Source of the DNA: Octopus sinensis
Lineage: Eukaryota
NCBI RefSeq assembly: GCF_006345805.1
Contig: NC_043004.1
Coordinates: 88,164,001-88,228,000, forward strand
Length of the DNA stretch: 64,000 nt
Direction: 5' to 3'
Shown: piece by piece, positions 38,568 through 51,472 of the stretch
Position numbering within the stretch: the stretch's first letter is position 1
Layout of the letters: the number at the start of each line of letters is the position of its first letter
The notes under the pieces: model-generated
The model's database searches: none
What the model was told of the DNA's origin: nothing
The model's input: the letters and a program-made list of their open reading frames with translations, nothing else
Program-made: the position numbers and the translations under genes

Positions 38568-39540
38568 AAAATCTTAATTATATTATGGAGTTATAATAGG
38601 TATGGATCATGTCCTAAGTTATCACCCGTAACTGCAGAAATCGCTAAAGTAATATTAATGAAAGAATGTTACGTTTTCCTTCACCGCCATATAAAATTTT
38701 AGACACCTTTTTATTACTCCTTGCTTTAAATAGTTGGAAAACAGTTTTAATTGTGTTACATTCTTTTATTGAATTTTCCTTGCTCTAAATATTTTTATAC
38801 AATTCTCTCTTTCAACGACCATTTCTTATTCTTGAATATCATTTCAAGCAAAATTCCTGTCACATAATCTGCAAAATGGGGTTTAATTAAGTTCTCAGAC
38901 TTGTGCATTCTGAAACCTATAATGATGCTCTTCGTTTGCCAGCATAGTCATTAGTTAACTTAATTTCATATTTGTTGCCTCAGAATTCAGCTAAATAACA
39001 GGGTGACTATTATGTTCATATGGATTATTTTATTCATAGAAACTGCGTCAGTTTTCTGGTAGATCTCTAAATCACTTACAAATGTCTTCATTTATAAATC
39101 ATTATCCTTTACTTATTTCCTTCATTTGGCTGAAACCATGCTGGAGCACTGCCTTGAAGAGATTCAGACGAACAGATCGATTCTGTTACTCATTTTCCTT
39201 TTCTAAGTCATGTATGTATTCCGTTGGACACGCACACACACACAATAATATACCCATATCCACACATTCATACATCTGGTACACACACACACACACACAC
39301 ACTTACCGGTCTTGCTTCTGCCAGACCTAGACGCTTCCTGTCAGGAAATTTCCAAAAGGAACTGCTGTCGCTGATTCGTCGATCTTACAACACTATGTGA
39401 CCCAGTTTGACAAATAACAGCCGGTTTTCCAGCAGCCATACTGGACCTCCTGTGCCCTCCATTCGGTAATCTGAGCCTGAACAAGCTAGCCTATGAAACT
39501 TTAAGTTGCATGGAGCCAAACAGATCTGTTTTATATAATA

Positions 39541-39945
39541 ATCAACTTTCAGACTGACAGAGTAACAGAAGCTAAAACGCCTGATTTAGTAGCAGTAGAC
39601 AAAGACAATAGAAAGTGCCAGATAATTGACTTTACAGTCCGAAATGATGAAAAATCAATATGAGAAGTATAGAAAAATAGCAAAGTACCAGGCCTAGGCA
39701 TTGAATTACAAATACTAGGCAAAGTGCGGATAGAATGGATCCTAGTAGTTATAGGTGCGTTAAGAACTATCTCTAAAGATTTGAACAGATGGATAGAGGA
39801 AATAGGAATAAAACACAGTTTAGCACAGAAAACTGTTATTACGGATAGCTAGGATACTTAGGAGGATTCTTGGCATCTAAAGTTACTTGTAGCCTGATAT
39901 TAGGAATTTTTATTTTCCAACAGTCTAATCTGTTGTGAGTATATG
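39541..39945 (+). mobile_element. R4/Dong-like non-LTR retrotransposon 3' remnant (restriction-like endonuclease region)
   Basis: Frameshifted translation NFQTDRV...TPDLVAVDKDNRKCQIIDF...VVIGALRTISKDL...RIARILRRILGI* has the PD..D RLE motif and the R4-type C-terminus; 3' end abuts (AAT)n. Confidence 0.8.
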
Positions 39946-39989
39946 AATAATAATAATAATAACAATAATAATAATGATAATAATAACAA

Positions 39990-40078
<89 letters not shown>

Positions 40079-40079
<1 letters not shown>

Positions 40080-40288
40080 AAGAGTACTAAGAGAGCGCAA
40101 ACCTCCATCAAGGTAACACCAATGTCCTCTCAACGACTAGCCGGAGATGATTTTTTAAAATGAGAATATCTGAAGTAAACTCGACTGCTCTCACAAACGA
40201 GAATACTAAAAATGAACCCGACCGCTCTCAAAAATTAAGTTAAAAAACTGGAAAAAATAATCCAGAATCCTTGTCCAGTACCGGCGGA
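40079..40288 (-). mobile_element. HINE-like element, 3' part
   Basis: Reverse complement of 29510-29665 plus the terminal ggaggtttgcgctctcttagtactctt. Confidence 0.6.
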
Positions 40289-40305
40289 AGTCATAATGAT
40301 GATGC

Positions 40306-40364
<59 letters not shown>

Positions 40365-40439
40365 GTAGTAGTAGTAGCAGCAGCAGCAGTAGTAGTAGTA
40401 GTAGTAGTAGTAGCAGTAGTAGTAGTAGTAGTAGTAGTA

Positions 40440-40487
<48 letters not shown>

Positions 40488-40488
40488 T

Positions 40489-40892
40489 ATGCCCTGATGC
40501 AGCACCAGGCAGTGGTTATGCCCTGAAGTAGTACCAGGCTGTGACTCTCATGGCTTTTCACCTTAACTGATTGGAAGTGTTACCATGTATCATTTTGCTC
40601 AATACCACAGATCTGCTTGACAGTTTCTTGACCTTAACCAGTTGAGCATCTCCCTTAGTGGCTGATTATATGTGCATCACCGATCACGGGAAGAAGTAGT
40701 GGAGGAACATTATAGCCAAGTGTTGAGATGAATTCTTTGGGGGTTGAATAATTCACCCCTGCAAAATGGATGTTTCATTCATCATTCTTAAATAAACCTT
40801 ATTCAGAGACCTTTTTGGGTAGGTTGGGCTACTTCACCTGAAGAATATTGTAACTGGGTCCCGCCTGCAATATGATGCGCTGTTTATCTTAT
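40489..40892 (+). mobile_element. (AAT)n-associated ~550-bp repeat, 3'-truncated copy
   Basis: Starts atgccctgatgcag..ccaggcagtgg right after (AAT)n; colinear with 44844-45400. Confidence 0.8.
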
Positions 40893-40921
40893 AAGCCGGG
40901 TAGTGATAATTGGTATATTGG

Positions 40922-41150
40922 CGGTGAGCTGGCAGAAACGTTAGCACGCCGGGCGAAATACTTAGCGGTATTTCGCTTGCCGCTACGTTCTGAGTTCAAA
41001 TTCCGCTGAGGTCGACTTTGCCTTTCATCCTCTCGGGGTCGATAAATTAAGTACCAGTTATGCACTGGAGTCGATGTAATCGACTTAATCCGTTTGTCTG
41101 TCCTTGTTTGTCCTCTCTGTGTTTAGCCTCTTGTGGGTAGTAAAGAAATA
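40922..41150 (+). mobile_element. Long-tail family-B SINE with a 10-bp TSD
   Basis: ggtatattgg at 40912-40921 and 41151-41160 flanks the copy. Confidence 0.9.
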
Positions 41151-41227
41151 GGTATATTGGACTTCGTACATTTGTACCCCAGACTGCTGCCTTCCTTGGA
41201 TGTCGTAGCCGTTTCGCATGTTCCCTC

Positions 41228-41263
<36 letters not shown>

Positions 41264-42134
41264 CGTTATTAGTGTACAATGTTTGTTCTTTCCGATCCTT
41301 TGCATTTATTACATTTTAACTTCTAATCATATTTAATTATTTATTTAGATATTCACTTTGTTTATAACAGTCTAATAAAGTTCTTGTCTTCTTTTTTTTT
41401 AATGAATTTAGATTAAGAATATATTTAATGAAAAGCTTTAAAAAACAGACCATCGTACAACAGACGAAAAAATGTAATCAAAGGTTGGAAAAATAATCAA
41501 TTTGTGTCCACACATTCATCAACATACATTTATGCACACACGCATACAGATCCTCACACAGAAACAAACTCGTACTCATATTAGTCACATAAAATATTCT
41601 CATACGCACAATCGGAGAAATGATTGGAAAAGGTACGGACGTTAATTTGGTTCAAACTATAAAAAAAAATATGAGGAAGTAAAAAATAGCAAAATGTAAC
41701 GAAAAGCTATGTTAAAAAATATATAAAAAAATACGTTGAGATTTTAGTCATTAGTGGTAGTGTTTATGATTGTGATGCTATTTACAAACGAAATGCCATA
41801 TTTGTGAAACCAAACCTGAATAAACTAATCACTAATGATATTGGTAAACAGAAACTATCTCAGATTACAAAATGGCGGATGTTGATTTTAATTATTAAAC
41901 CTTCTTTCTTAGAATACGAAGTAAATTTAATTCGGTTTTCAGCATATTGGAGGAATTAGAGAAGAAGGTTTTTTTTTTTGGATCAGGGGTCCATCTTTCA
42001 TTGCCTGCTTTGCATAGTGATTTAAGAGACACACGAAATTCTATGTACTCTTAGGTTAATTTATGTTTCGGTTTTAATAAATGCGCCAATTTTAAATTAA
42101 CATTCACTGAATCATTGTATCGAGCAGACTTTCT

Positions 42135-42605
<471 letters not shown>

Positions 42606-42609
42606 GGGG

Positions 42610-42850
42610 AAGTTGTTATACATTGCTGGTCACAATGCGCTTCCTGACTTTGTAGCTTTCGAATGCTGCCACTCCGTTAGCTAGGCAAGCAGGCAGGCCC
42701 ACATTCTCTCCGAACTGAACGACAGTCCGTCGCAGGGTTACCAATTTACAGTGTTTTGCTCAAAAACACAACACATCGCCGGCCTGGGAGTCGAAACTAC
42801 GACCTTGTGATAGTGAATGCAACAGCCTAGCTACTCGGTCATGCACCTTC
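42610..42850 (-). mobile_element. Group-C SINE (degenerate)
   Basis: Minus strand gtgcatgaccgagtagctagg...gtagtttcgactccc...gtttttgagcaaaacact. Confidence 0.65.
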
Positions 42851-43158
42851 ACTAATACCAATATTATAATATAATCAATTATACGGGGAATTTTATTTTA
42901 TCTTTTGCTTAGGAGGAAAGCAATACCTATGACGTCCTATTGAGCTTCCGAGGCTGATGAACAACAGAATATGCTTCAACACACGAACTCATATAAAGAA
43001 TCTTGCAAACCAAATCCAAAAACGAAATATTTCTTACAATATAAAACAAAAGTGAAGATCACAATATCTGTGAATCTTAAATACCAGCTACGACTGTTTC
43101 CAGTGTTCTCGACGATGTAATTGAGTGTGTCTGAACTGCTCTAAAGCAAAATCAGTTG

Positions 43159-43698
43159 TTAACCCTTTGGTATTTAAACCGACCTTATCTTTCCCAAATA
43201 CTTTGCCTGTTTTATGTTGAAACTGCCCAGATTTGGTCCCTCACACCTATCCTACAATGCCATTCTAGAAGTAAACAATTACGTCATCGAAATATTGAAG
43301 CTACGATGACAGTGCATGGTTAAATTAATTCAATGTGAATAAAGAAGTATTACATTCGACTGTGGAGGCATATGGCCTAGTGGTTAGAGCAGCGGAGTCG
43401 CAGTCGAGGAATCGTGGGTTCGAATCTGAGACCGGCGATGTGTGTGTTTAAGAGCGAAACACCTAAGCTCCATGCGGCTCTGGCAGAAAATAATGGATAA
43501 CTTCTGCTGACTCTTTCGTCACAACTTTCTCTCACTCTTTCCTCCTGCAACTCACCTGCGGAAGACCGATGTCCCGTCCAGGTGGGGAGCCTATACACCA
43601 ATGAAACCGGGAAACTGGCCCTTAAAAGCCATGCATGGCTGGAGAAGGAACAAAGAACAGCAACATTTGACTGAGTAAACTGGATGCTAACAGATTAA
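43159..43698. mobile_element. TTAA-flanked MITE-like element (ttaa-ccctttggtattt...atgctaacaga-ttaa) interrupted by a SINE
   Basis: TTAA at both ends, degenerate short TIR, and a nested SINE with its own TSD. Confidence 0.5.
43363..43662 (+). mobile_element. Group-C SINE with an 11-bp TSD (one CpG transition)
   Basis: A box tggcctagtggtt, B box ggttcgaatc; flanks acattcgactg (43352-43362) and acatttgactg (43663-43673). Confidence 0.85.
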
Positions 43699-43880
43699 AT
43701 ATGTACAACTCGGATTTTGCCACCGTTTGTCAAAAATATAAGTATATTACCGTGTACAGTCCCGTTAATACTTTAGGTCATTTGGCAGACAAATACAACT
43801 GCTATTACCGTTTACCTTAGACTGCAGCCATACTGGGACACCACCTTGAAGAATTTTAGTTGAACTTATCGACTGCACAC

Positions 43881-44025
43881 TATTTACATTATTTACATTT
43901 GACGGATATTTGTCCTCATCTTGTTTGTTGTTAACACAACGTTTCCGCTGACATGCCCTCCAACCTTCATCAGGTGTCTTGGGGAAATTTAGAACCTGAG
44001 TTCTCATTCCTAAGGTATTTTCCGA

Positions 44026-44082
<57 letters not shown>

Positions 44083-44172
44083 CATTATTATTATTATTCA
44101 GGTCACTACCTGGAATCGAACTCGGAATCTTGGGGTTAGTAGCCCGCGTTCTTAACCACTACGCCATATGCC
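43881..44172 (-). mobile_element. Composite element: tRNA-like head, (AAT)n, hammerhead-bearing tail (left copy)
   Basis: Head 44101-44172 with A box tggcgtagtggtt and B box gagttcgattcc; (AAT)n about 44030-44097; tail 43881-44029. Confidence 0.75.
43933..43978 (-). ncRNA. Minimal hammerhead motif, family H3
   Basis: gacac-CTGATGA-a-ggttg-gagggcatgt-cagcg-GAAA-CG-TT-gtgtt; core intact, first stem II pair mismatched, AACGTT palindrome. Confidence 0.6.
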
Positions 44173-44268
44173 GGTGGGTGTAATGGTTAAGTGCGCGGGC
44201 TACTAACCCCAAGATTCCGAGTTCAATTCCAGTAGTGACCTAATAATAATAATAATAAAATGATAATA

Positions 44269-44306
<38 letters not shown>

Positions 44307-44320
44307 TATAATATAATAAT

Positions 44321-44818
44321 ATCTTAACTGATGGAAATTGTTTTGTCTTGGTATAAAGATGGGCTACAGCAAATATTCTGCTCAATACCACAGATTTGCT
44401 TGTCAGTTGTTGACCTTAACCAATTGAGCATGTCCCTTAGGCTGACGATATGTGCATCTCTGATCACGAGCAGAAGTAGTGGGGGAGGGGAGCATCATAG
44501 CCATGTGTTGAGAGGGATTCTTTGGGGTTTGAATAATTCACCTCTGGAAACATGGGTGGTTCTTTCAACATCCTTAAACAACCCTTATTCAGGGACCTTT
44601 AGAGCGGGATGGGCTACTCAACCTGAGAAAATTCTAACTAGGCCCCACCTGCAAGGTCATGTGCTGTTTATCTTGATATGAGATCACCATGTCGCGCACA
44701 TATGGTTGTGATGCATGTGCCTGGTGTACCTTTATCAGGACGGGTAGTCATGAGGGTATATTGGGCTTCGTATATTTTACCCCAGTGTCACTTTGATGGC
44801 ATGCCTGCTCTCTCACTC
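44321..44818 (+). mobile_element. (AAT)n-associated repeat, 5'-truncated copy
   Basis: Colinear with 44844-45400; ends ctctctcactc-(AAT)n. Confidence 0.88.
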
Positions 44819-44843
44819 AATAATAATAATAATAATAATAATA

Positions 44844-45400
44844 AATGCCCTGATGCAGTACCAGGCAGTGGCTCTCATGACTTCTGATCTTAACTGATTG
44901 GAAGTGTCATCATGTACATTGCTTTGTCTTGGTATAAAAGATGGGCTACAGCAAATATTCTGCTCAATACCACAGATTTGCTTGTCAGTTGTTTGACCTT
45001 AACCAGTTGAGCATGTCCCTTAGTGGCTGACGATGTGTGCATCTCTGATCATGATCAGGAATAGTGGGGGAGCATCATAGCCATGTGTTGAGAGGGATTC
45101 TTTGGGGTTTGAATAATTCACTTCTGGAAACATGGATGGTTCTTTCGACATCCTTAAGCAACCCTTATTCAGGGACCTTTTGAACGGGATGGGCTACTCG
45201 ACCTGAAGAAAATTCTAACTGGGACCCATCTGCAAGGTCATGCGCTGTTTACCTTGATATGAGATCACCATGTCGCGCACATATGGTTGTGATGCATGTG
45301 CCTGGTGTACCCTTATCAGACAGGTAGTCATGATGGGTATATTGGGCTTCATATATTTTACCCCAGTGTCACTTTGATGGCATGAACTGCTCTCTCACTC
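44844..45400 (+). mobile_element. (AAT)n-associated ~550-bp repeat, apparently full length
   Basis: (AAT)n on both sides; further copies at 40489, 44321 and 58868. Confidence 0.9.
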
Positions 45401-45443
<43 letters not shown>

Positions 45444-45452
45444 TATAATAAC

Positions 45453-45511
<59 letters not shown>

Positions 45512-45560
45512 CATCAAAAAATACCTTAGGAATGAGAACCCAGTTTTGAAATTTCCCCAA

Positions 45561-45606
45561 AACACCCGATGAAGGCTGAAGGGTATATCAGCCGAAAAGT
45601 TGTGTT
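45561..45606 (+). ncRNA. Minimal hammerhead motif, family H3 (U4C variant)
   Basis: aacac-CCGATGA-a-ggctga-agggtata-tcagcc-GAAA-aG-TT-gtgtt; perfect 6-bp stem II and 5-bp stem I. Confidence 0.55.
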
Positions 45607-45650
45607 AGCAACAAACAAGATGAGGACAAATATCCGTCAAATGTAAATAT

Positions 45651-46050
45651 AGGCGCAGGAGTGGCTGTGTGGTAAGTAGCTTGCTTACCAACCACATGGT
45701 TCCGGGTTCAGTACCACTGCGTCGCACCTCAGGCAAGTGTCTTCTACTAGAGTCTCGGGTCAGCCAAAGCCTTGTGAGTGGATTTGGTAGACTGAAACTG
45801 AAAGAAGTCCATCGTATATATGTATATGTATATATATGTGCGTGTGCGTTTGTGTGTCTGTGTCTTTACCCTCCCGCCCCCAACATCGCTTGACAACCGA
45901 TGCAGGTAACTTAGCGGTTCGGCAAATGAGACCGATAGAATAAGTACTAGGCTTACAAAGAATAAGTCCTGGGGTCGATTTGCTCGACTAAAGGCGGTGC
46001 CCCAGCATGGCCGCAGTCAAATGACTGAAACAAGTAAAAGATTAAAAGAA
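45651..46050 (+). mobile_element. Full-length family-A SINE
   Basis: aggcgcaggagtggctgtgtggtaagtagc through gaaacaagtaaaagattaaaaga. Confidence 0.92.
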
Positions 46051-46089
46051 AAATGTACATAATTCCTCATCTCTTAAATATAGAACTGC

Positions 46090-46450
46090 ATCATCGACTG
46101 CAGTACTTATTTTTTATAAAGCTTTGTACACTTTCTTTCGGTCGCTTAGGCCGAATCACTAAGTTTACTTAGATGTAAACACACCGACAGCGCTTGTCAA
46201 GTGGTGGTGGGGCCCCAACATATACACGCATACACACACACACCCACACGCATACACACACAGATGTGTGTGTGTATATATATATATACAATGAACTTTT
46301 TCAATTTCCGTCTATCAAATTCACTCACTAGGTTTTGGTGGGCCCGAGACTATAGTAGAAGACACTTGCCCAAGGTGCCACGCTGTGGACTGAACCAATA
46401 ATCCTGTGGGTGGGAAGCAACCTCCTTACCAGACAGCCATGCCTGCGCCT
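46090..46450 (-). mobile_element. Family-A SINE (degenerate)
   Basis: Reverse-complement match including gacacttgcccaaggtgccacgc. Confidence 0.75.
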
Positions 46451-46489
46451 ATTATGCGTTCGTTTTAATCCTTTCCATTTTGCAATTAT

Positions 46490-46850
46490 ATTTCTGTTGA
46501 AATACATTGCCTGTGTATCAATTACTTTTGAAAATAACGAATAACTTAGTAAAAAAAAATCAAACTTTGCGGTTATTAAGCTAGTGTTTCGAACCTAAAT
46601 TAGCGCGGAATGTTGAATGACGTGTTTAATACAGATCACATTAACTATCTCGTTAGAAAATTTCTGTTGAAATACATTGCATACGCTTCAATTAATTTTG
46701 AAAATATCGGAGAATTTAGTAAAACAAGTTTATTATTACTAAACCAGTGTCTCGAAAAGAAATTAACGTGAAATTTTGATGGGAGATTTTAATTTAGATC
46801 TCTTTAAACAAGAAATTTGCATCATAGATCCAAGAGTGGTCTCAAGCGAC
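46490..46850. repeat. Tandem ~170-bp duplication
   Basis: tttctgttgaaatacattgc...caatta.ttttgaaaata occurs at ~46491 and ~46661. Confidence 0.7.
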
Positions 46851-47813
46851 TTACTATCAATTTACGCTACTGTTTCTTGATACTCTATTTCTATGTATAT
46901 CAGTTTTACTGTACATCAGTCATAGTTTCATTCTAACGTTTCATTCCCAATATTCTTTCTCTTTACTACAATGACAATGTCATTAGCATATCTCGTTTTC
47001 ATTCTTGTTATTTTCCTCCATTTTTTTTCCTCCAGTCCACCATTTTCGTTTCCTTTTCCTAGCTTTGCTTTTATCATTTTGTTATTGTTCCTGTTCTTGT
47101 TAGAACGATGTCTTGTTTGATTTTGGTCAAAGTGTTGAATATATTTTAGTTTTCCCCTTATAAAATTTTCTCAGCCGTCACTATCTCACTTTTATAATTT
47201 TTCACTCTTCCACTTAATCTTGCACTCCAGACATTCAATAATGTCTTTGGAAATGGCTATACTTTATAATCATGTTCAGTAACAAAAGAAAAGAAGCAAG
47301 TACCAAATACCGATAAAATAAAAAAATAATAAAAAAGAAAAAAAAACAAAAAGAAATGATAAAAGAAAAATAATTTACAGAAGAAAAATTGAAGATAAGC
47401 TAATGACAACACCATCCTAAAAGAAAAGAGGCTGTTAAGATTTGAGAACGAGGCAGGCATTATGAAAACGAGGTGAACAATCAACATTGACTCCTGACAG
47501 GAAAAAAATGGCGTGGGTATCAGTGGCCAAGTCGTAAATACATGACCAAAGAATTTCATATGTAATTATGTCAAAACATAATAAGATAACAGAGGCCAAA
47601 ATATCAGCGTATGGGCGTTTAAATAAGATTCTCTGACAATGGAATTATTTGAGTTTCATCCTCCGCATCACAATGTCACATCAAATCGTTGGCTGACCAA
47701 GTTTAACGAACGTATTCTTGTGTGAAAAAAATGTGTGTGTGTGTGTTTGGGAGGTGGGGGAATTGTGTGTATGCACGTGTTTTTTTGAGGTGGGATGTGT
47801 GTGTTTGTGTGTG

Positions 47814-47845
<32 letters not shown>

Positions 47846-48120
47846 TGTGTGTGTGTGTGTGTGAGTGTGTGAATTAGCCACGTGATCTTGGTTAGATATT
47901 GAGAGTAGGCAGAAGGCGCAGTAATAGTTAACAAAGACCTTGCCATCATGAAACATCTTGTCAAAACTTATTTGTCAATATAAACATATATACATATATG
48001 CATGCTATTATATATATATATATATATATATATAGATAGAGATAGAGAGAGAGAGAGAGAGAGATACGTATGTATATGTATGTATATATATATATATAAT
48101 ATATATATATATATATTATA

Positions 48121-48165
<45 letters not shown>

Positions 48166-48264
48166 GATTTAAAATGAGGGCGAGAGCATTTCTTAGTGGT
48201 AAGCCCATAGTGGATCTATTTCTAGCATAAGGGTGTCCACATAGTGGTTTCCCTCTAATATGTA

Positions 48265-48311
<47 letters not shown>

Positions 48312-48740
48312 ACAATTTAATAAATAAAACATATGCATACATACATACATACATATATGTACATACCTACATCTATATGTATATATACATGCATATATGA
48401 GTACAGGACACCACAAATAAACGTAGAACACAACGAGAAACGAAAACATAAAATCAAACAAGGAAACGGACTTTTTTAACAACGAAAAAACAGAGTACAA
48501 GACAAACAATACAAGGAATATTCCCCTTCATCAGCTGCCCCTGTTTCGACTCAATGCGTGTTTCGAAGGTAAGTGCAGAACACAATCCGGCCGAAGCGGT
48601 CCTTCCTGCAAAATGAAGTAAATAAAATTCTTTTGCAGAGGGGTAAAAAAAAGTGACAAGAACAGGACGTAAAAGCAATACAAATTAGAAGAAAAAAAAC
48701 AGTACGAATAAAGAATTCTATATATATGTATATGTTTATG

Positions 48741-48771
<31 letters not shown>

Positions 48772-48849
48772 ATGTGTGTGTGTGTCTGTATGTATGTATG
48801 TGTATATATATTATATATATATGTATATATATATGTATATATATATTAT

Positions 48850-48882
<33 letters not shown>

Positions 48883-49154
48883 TATTATATATATATATAT
48901 ATATATATATACACGTTATACCGTACGCATTTGCTAGCTTTCTTACAAAAAATCTAATGCTTTTAGCTTAGACTTTTTTGGGGCAACCAGATCGAATTGT
49001 CTCAAGTGTAACTGCCCGAAACAGTAAGGACTACTGGTAACCTGACTGGCGAAAGAAGGCCACGAATGACTCGTCTTTTCTTCCCTGTGCTTCTAATTAT
49101 TGTTTCTTCTGTCCGCCTTTGTATCGTCTGTCTGTCCTCAATTGCGTTTTTGTT

Positions 49155-49600
49155 CCATCTACCCACACAGCCTCAGACTCAACACGGAGGCCTACATCAA
49201 GTGCCTGAAGGAGGTAGCGCTTCCCTGGGTCAACAGGGTGACTGCTGGAAGACCATGTGTCTCGCAACAGGACTCTGCGCCATGACACACTAGCAGGAGA
49301 ATCTAGTCATTCACCAACTCCTGCTCATTCACCATACAAGCAGGAGAACCCAGTCATTTACACAAGCAGGAGAACCAGTATTCACCAACTTAAACAAGGA
49401 GACAGTCCAAAAGAGTTGCAGGAGATTCCGAAGTCATCTGGAGGCCACAGTTGAAGCCAACGTCGATTTTATTGAATAAATTTACTCTTTAGTATTTCAA
49501 AATATTTTAATATTATTTTGGTAAATATATCCGTTAGAATGAGATGTCAGTGTTATTTTAATTTTTGCATAATTTAGACGACAATTTATTCATCGCACCA
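49155..49600 (+). mobile_element. Internally deleted Tc1/mariner-superfamily transposon remnant
   Basis: RLNTEAYIKCLKEVALPWVNRVTAGRPCVSQQDSAP*HT (second catalytic D) and C-terminal FTNLNKETVQKSCRRFRSHLEATVEANVDFIE*; the region with the third catalytic residue is missing. Confidence 0.8.
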
Positions 49601-50246
49601 GGGCGTTACTCATTACAATTTGTCTTGGCGGGACGGCCCTTAATATTTCTCTATGCTGATTGTTTATTCTGTATGTCCACTCTGAATTTTATATTTCTAA
49701 AATTTCTGGATGCTGCTGCCTTATGAAGTTCCCTATGTTGTCGTTAAAAGCACGAAATAGGAGTAATAAACAGTTCAACAACTGATGAGAAGTTACCTTC
49801 TTTTCATATTTTGTCCTGTACATCTCTCTCATGTGTTTACGCATTTTCACTCGTTGGTGATGTCTAGTATTTATACTATCTGTATATACACTCACATACA
49901 TGCACGCGTGTATCTTGTATGTGTGTGTGATGTTCAAAATTGTTACATATGAATATATTCATATATATATATATAAATACTTACATAGACTTACAAACAC
50001 ACACGTATACACATAAACGTGTAACCGTTTGTGCGTGCGTGTACTAATGTTTTTGCGGTGCTGTGTGTTTATTTGAATGTTTGAAACCAAACAAGTTAAC
50101 CTTTATAAGATTTATTCTCATATCTTCCCGAAGGAATATGTATAATTTCAAGTTTGAATATTCGTATTCATTTTGAATACTACATATGTATATATCCACA
50201 CACACCTATACATACACACAAACCTATATATATATATATATTATAT

Positions 50247-50342
<96 letters not shown>

Positions 50343-50768
50343 CGTGTGTGTGTGTATGCGTATGTGTGTGTGTGTACAACGGAGGCAGGAACACTGACAG
50401 AGAGGTTAATAGATATACATAAACGCACACATACACATCTACACATACATACTCTCTCCCTCTCTCTCACATGCTCTCTCTCACATTCTCTCTCTCTCTC
50501 CTTCACATTCACCCACACACACATGTGCGCGTGCTGACTCTTGCACACATTTCCATAAACTCAACTTCTATATTAATTTGTGTGCATGATACATATACAT
50601 ACATATCTATATATAAAAACATACCCACATACAAAAATACATACATACATATATACATATATACATATATATATATATATCTATATATTTATATATAGAT
50701 ATGTATGTATATGTATCATGCACACAAATTATATAGAAGTTGAGTTTATGGAAATGTGTGCAAGAGTC

Positions 50769-50806
<38 letters not shown>

Positions 50807-51472
50807 GCACATATATATGTTTATATATTTTTTCATATAATTAAAAAATATATTGGCATGGACAATGTGTGTGCTAGTGTGTGTGCATGTATGCGCAGAC
50901 ACACATGTACATACATGCATGCATGTGTGCGTCAGTGTGTCTGTACATTTGCGTTCGTATATATATATATATTTCTGTGTGTATATATCCTTGAGCAGGG
51001 CGCAGCGACAAGATGTATTAAACCATTGTTTTTTTTCCCATCTCCTATAGAATCACAAAGACATAGCGCTCTACGATCACCCCAATTTGCCTCATGTCGT
51101 GTCTGAGAAAAACACTCAAAGTTTTTGACACGAAATCAATACAATCGTTTCTCTAATTATATTTTGTTTTTATCACAATATGTGATAATTTAATCATTGT
51201 TTGTCATTTACTCAGGCTTGCCCAGTAGCAGATGAAATATCGGCAGTAGTAGTCGTAATGGTGAAAGTAATAAGTCGTAGTAATAATAGCTGTGATGGTA
51301 ATACAAATATTATTAGTGGTTGCAGTAGTAAATGTAATCATAGTAGCAGTTGAAGCTGTAGTTATAACTGTGTTTATTTTCATATGGATGTTTAGTATTG
51401 AGAGCCTAAATAATATATTCTTTTATTCCAAGTAAAAGTAAGAATTTATAATAGATAATACGGTGATATTTA

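Larger units (their letters stand above)
44173..46088 (+). mobile_element. Composite element, right copy, interrupted by nested insertions
   Basis: Head 44173-44240; the (AAT)n holds two ~500-bp inserts; tail 45510-45648 matches the left copy; 46052-46088 is probably its continuation after a family-A SINE. Confidence 0.7.

Noticed and set aside
48510-48570. Minus-strand GAAA...GAAA...CTGATGA suggesting a permuted hammerhead
   Set aside because: Stems I and III cannot be formed convincingly; treated only as a possible PLE-terminal repeat.
49752-49775. CTGATGA-gaag-ttac-cttc
   Set aside because: A stem II is present but is followed by TTTT rather than GAAA.
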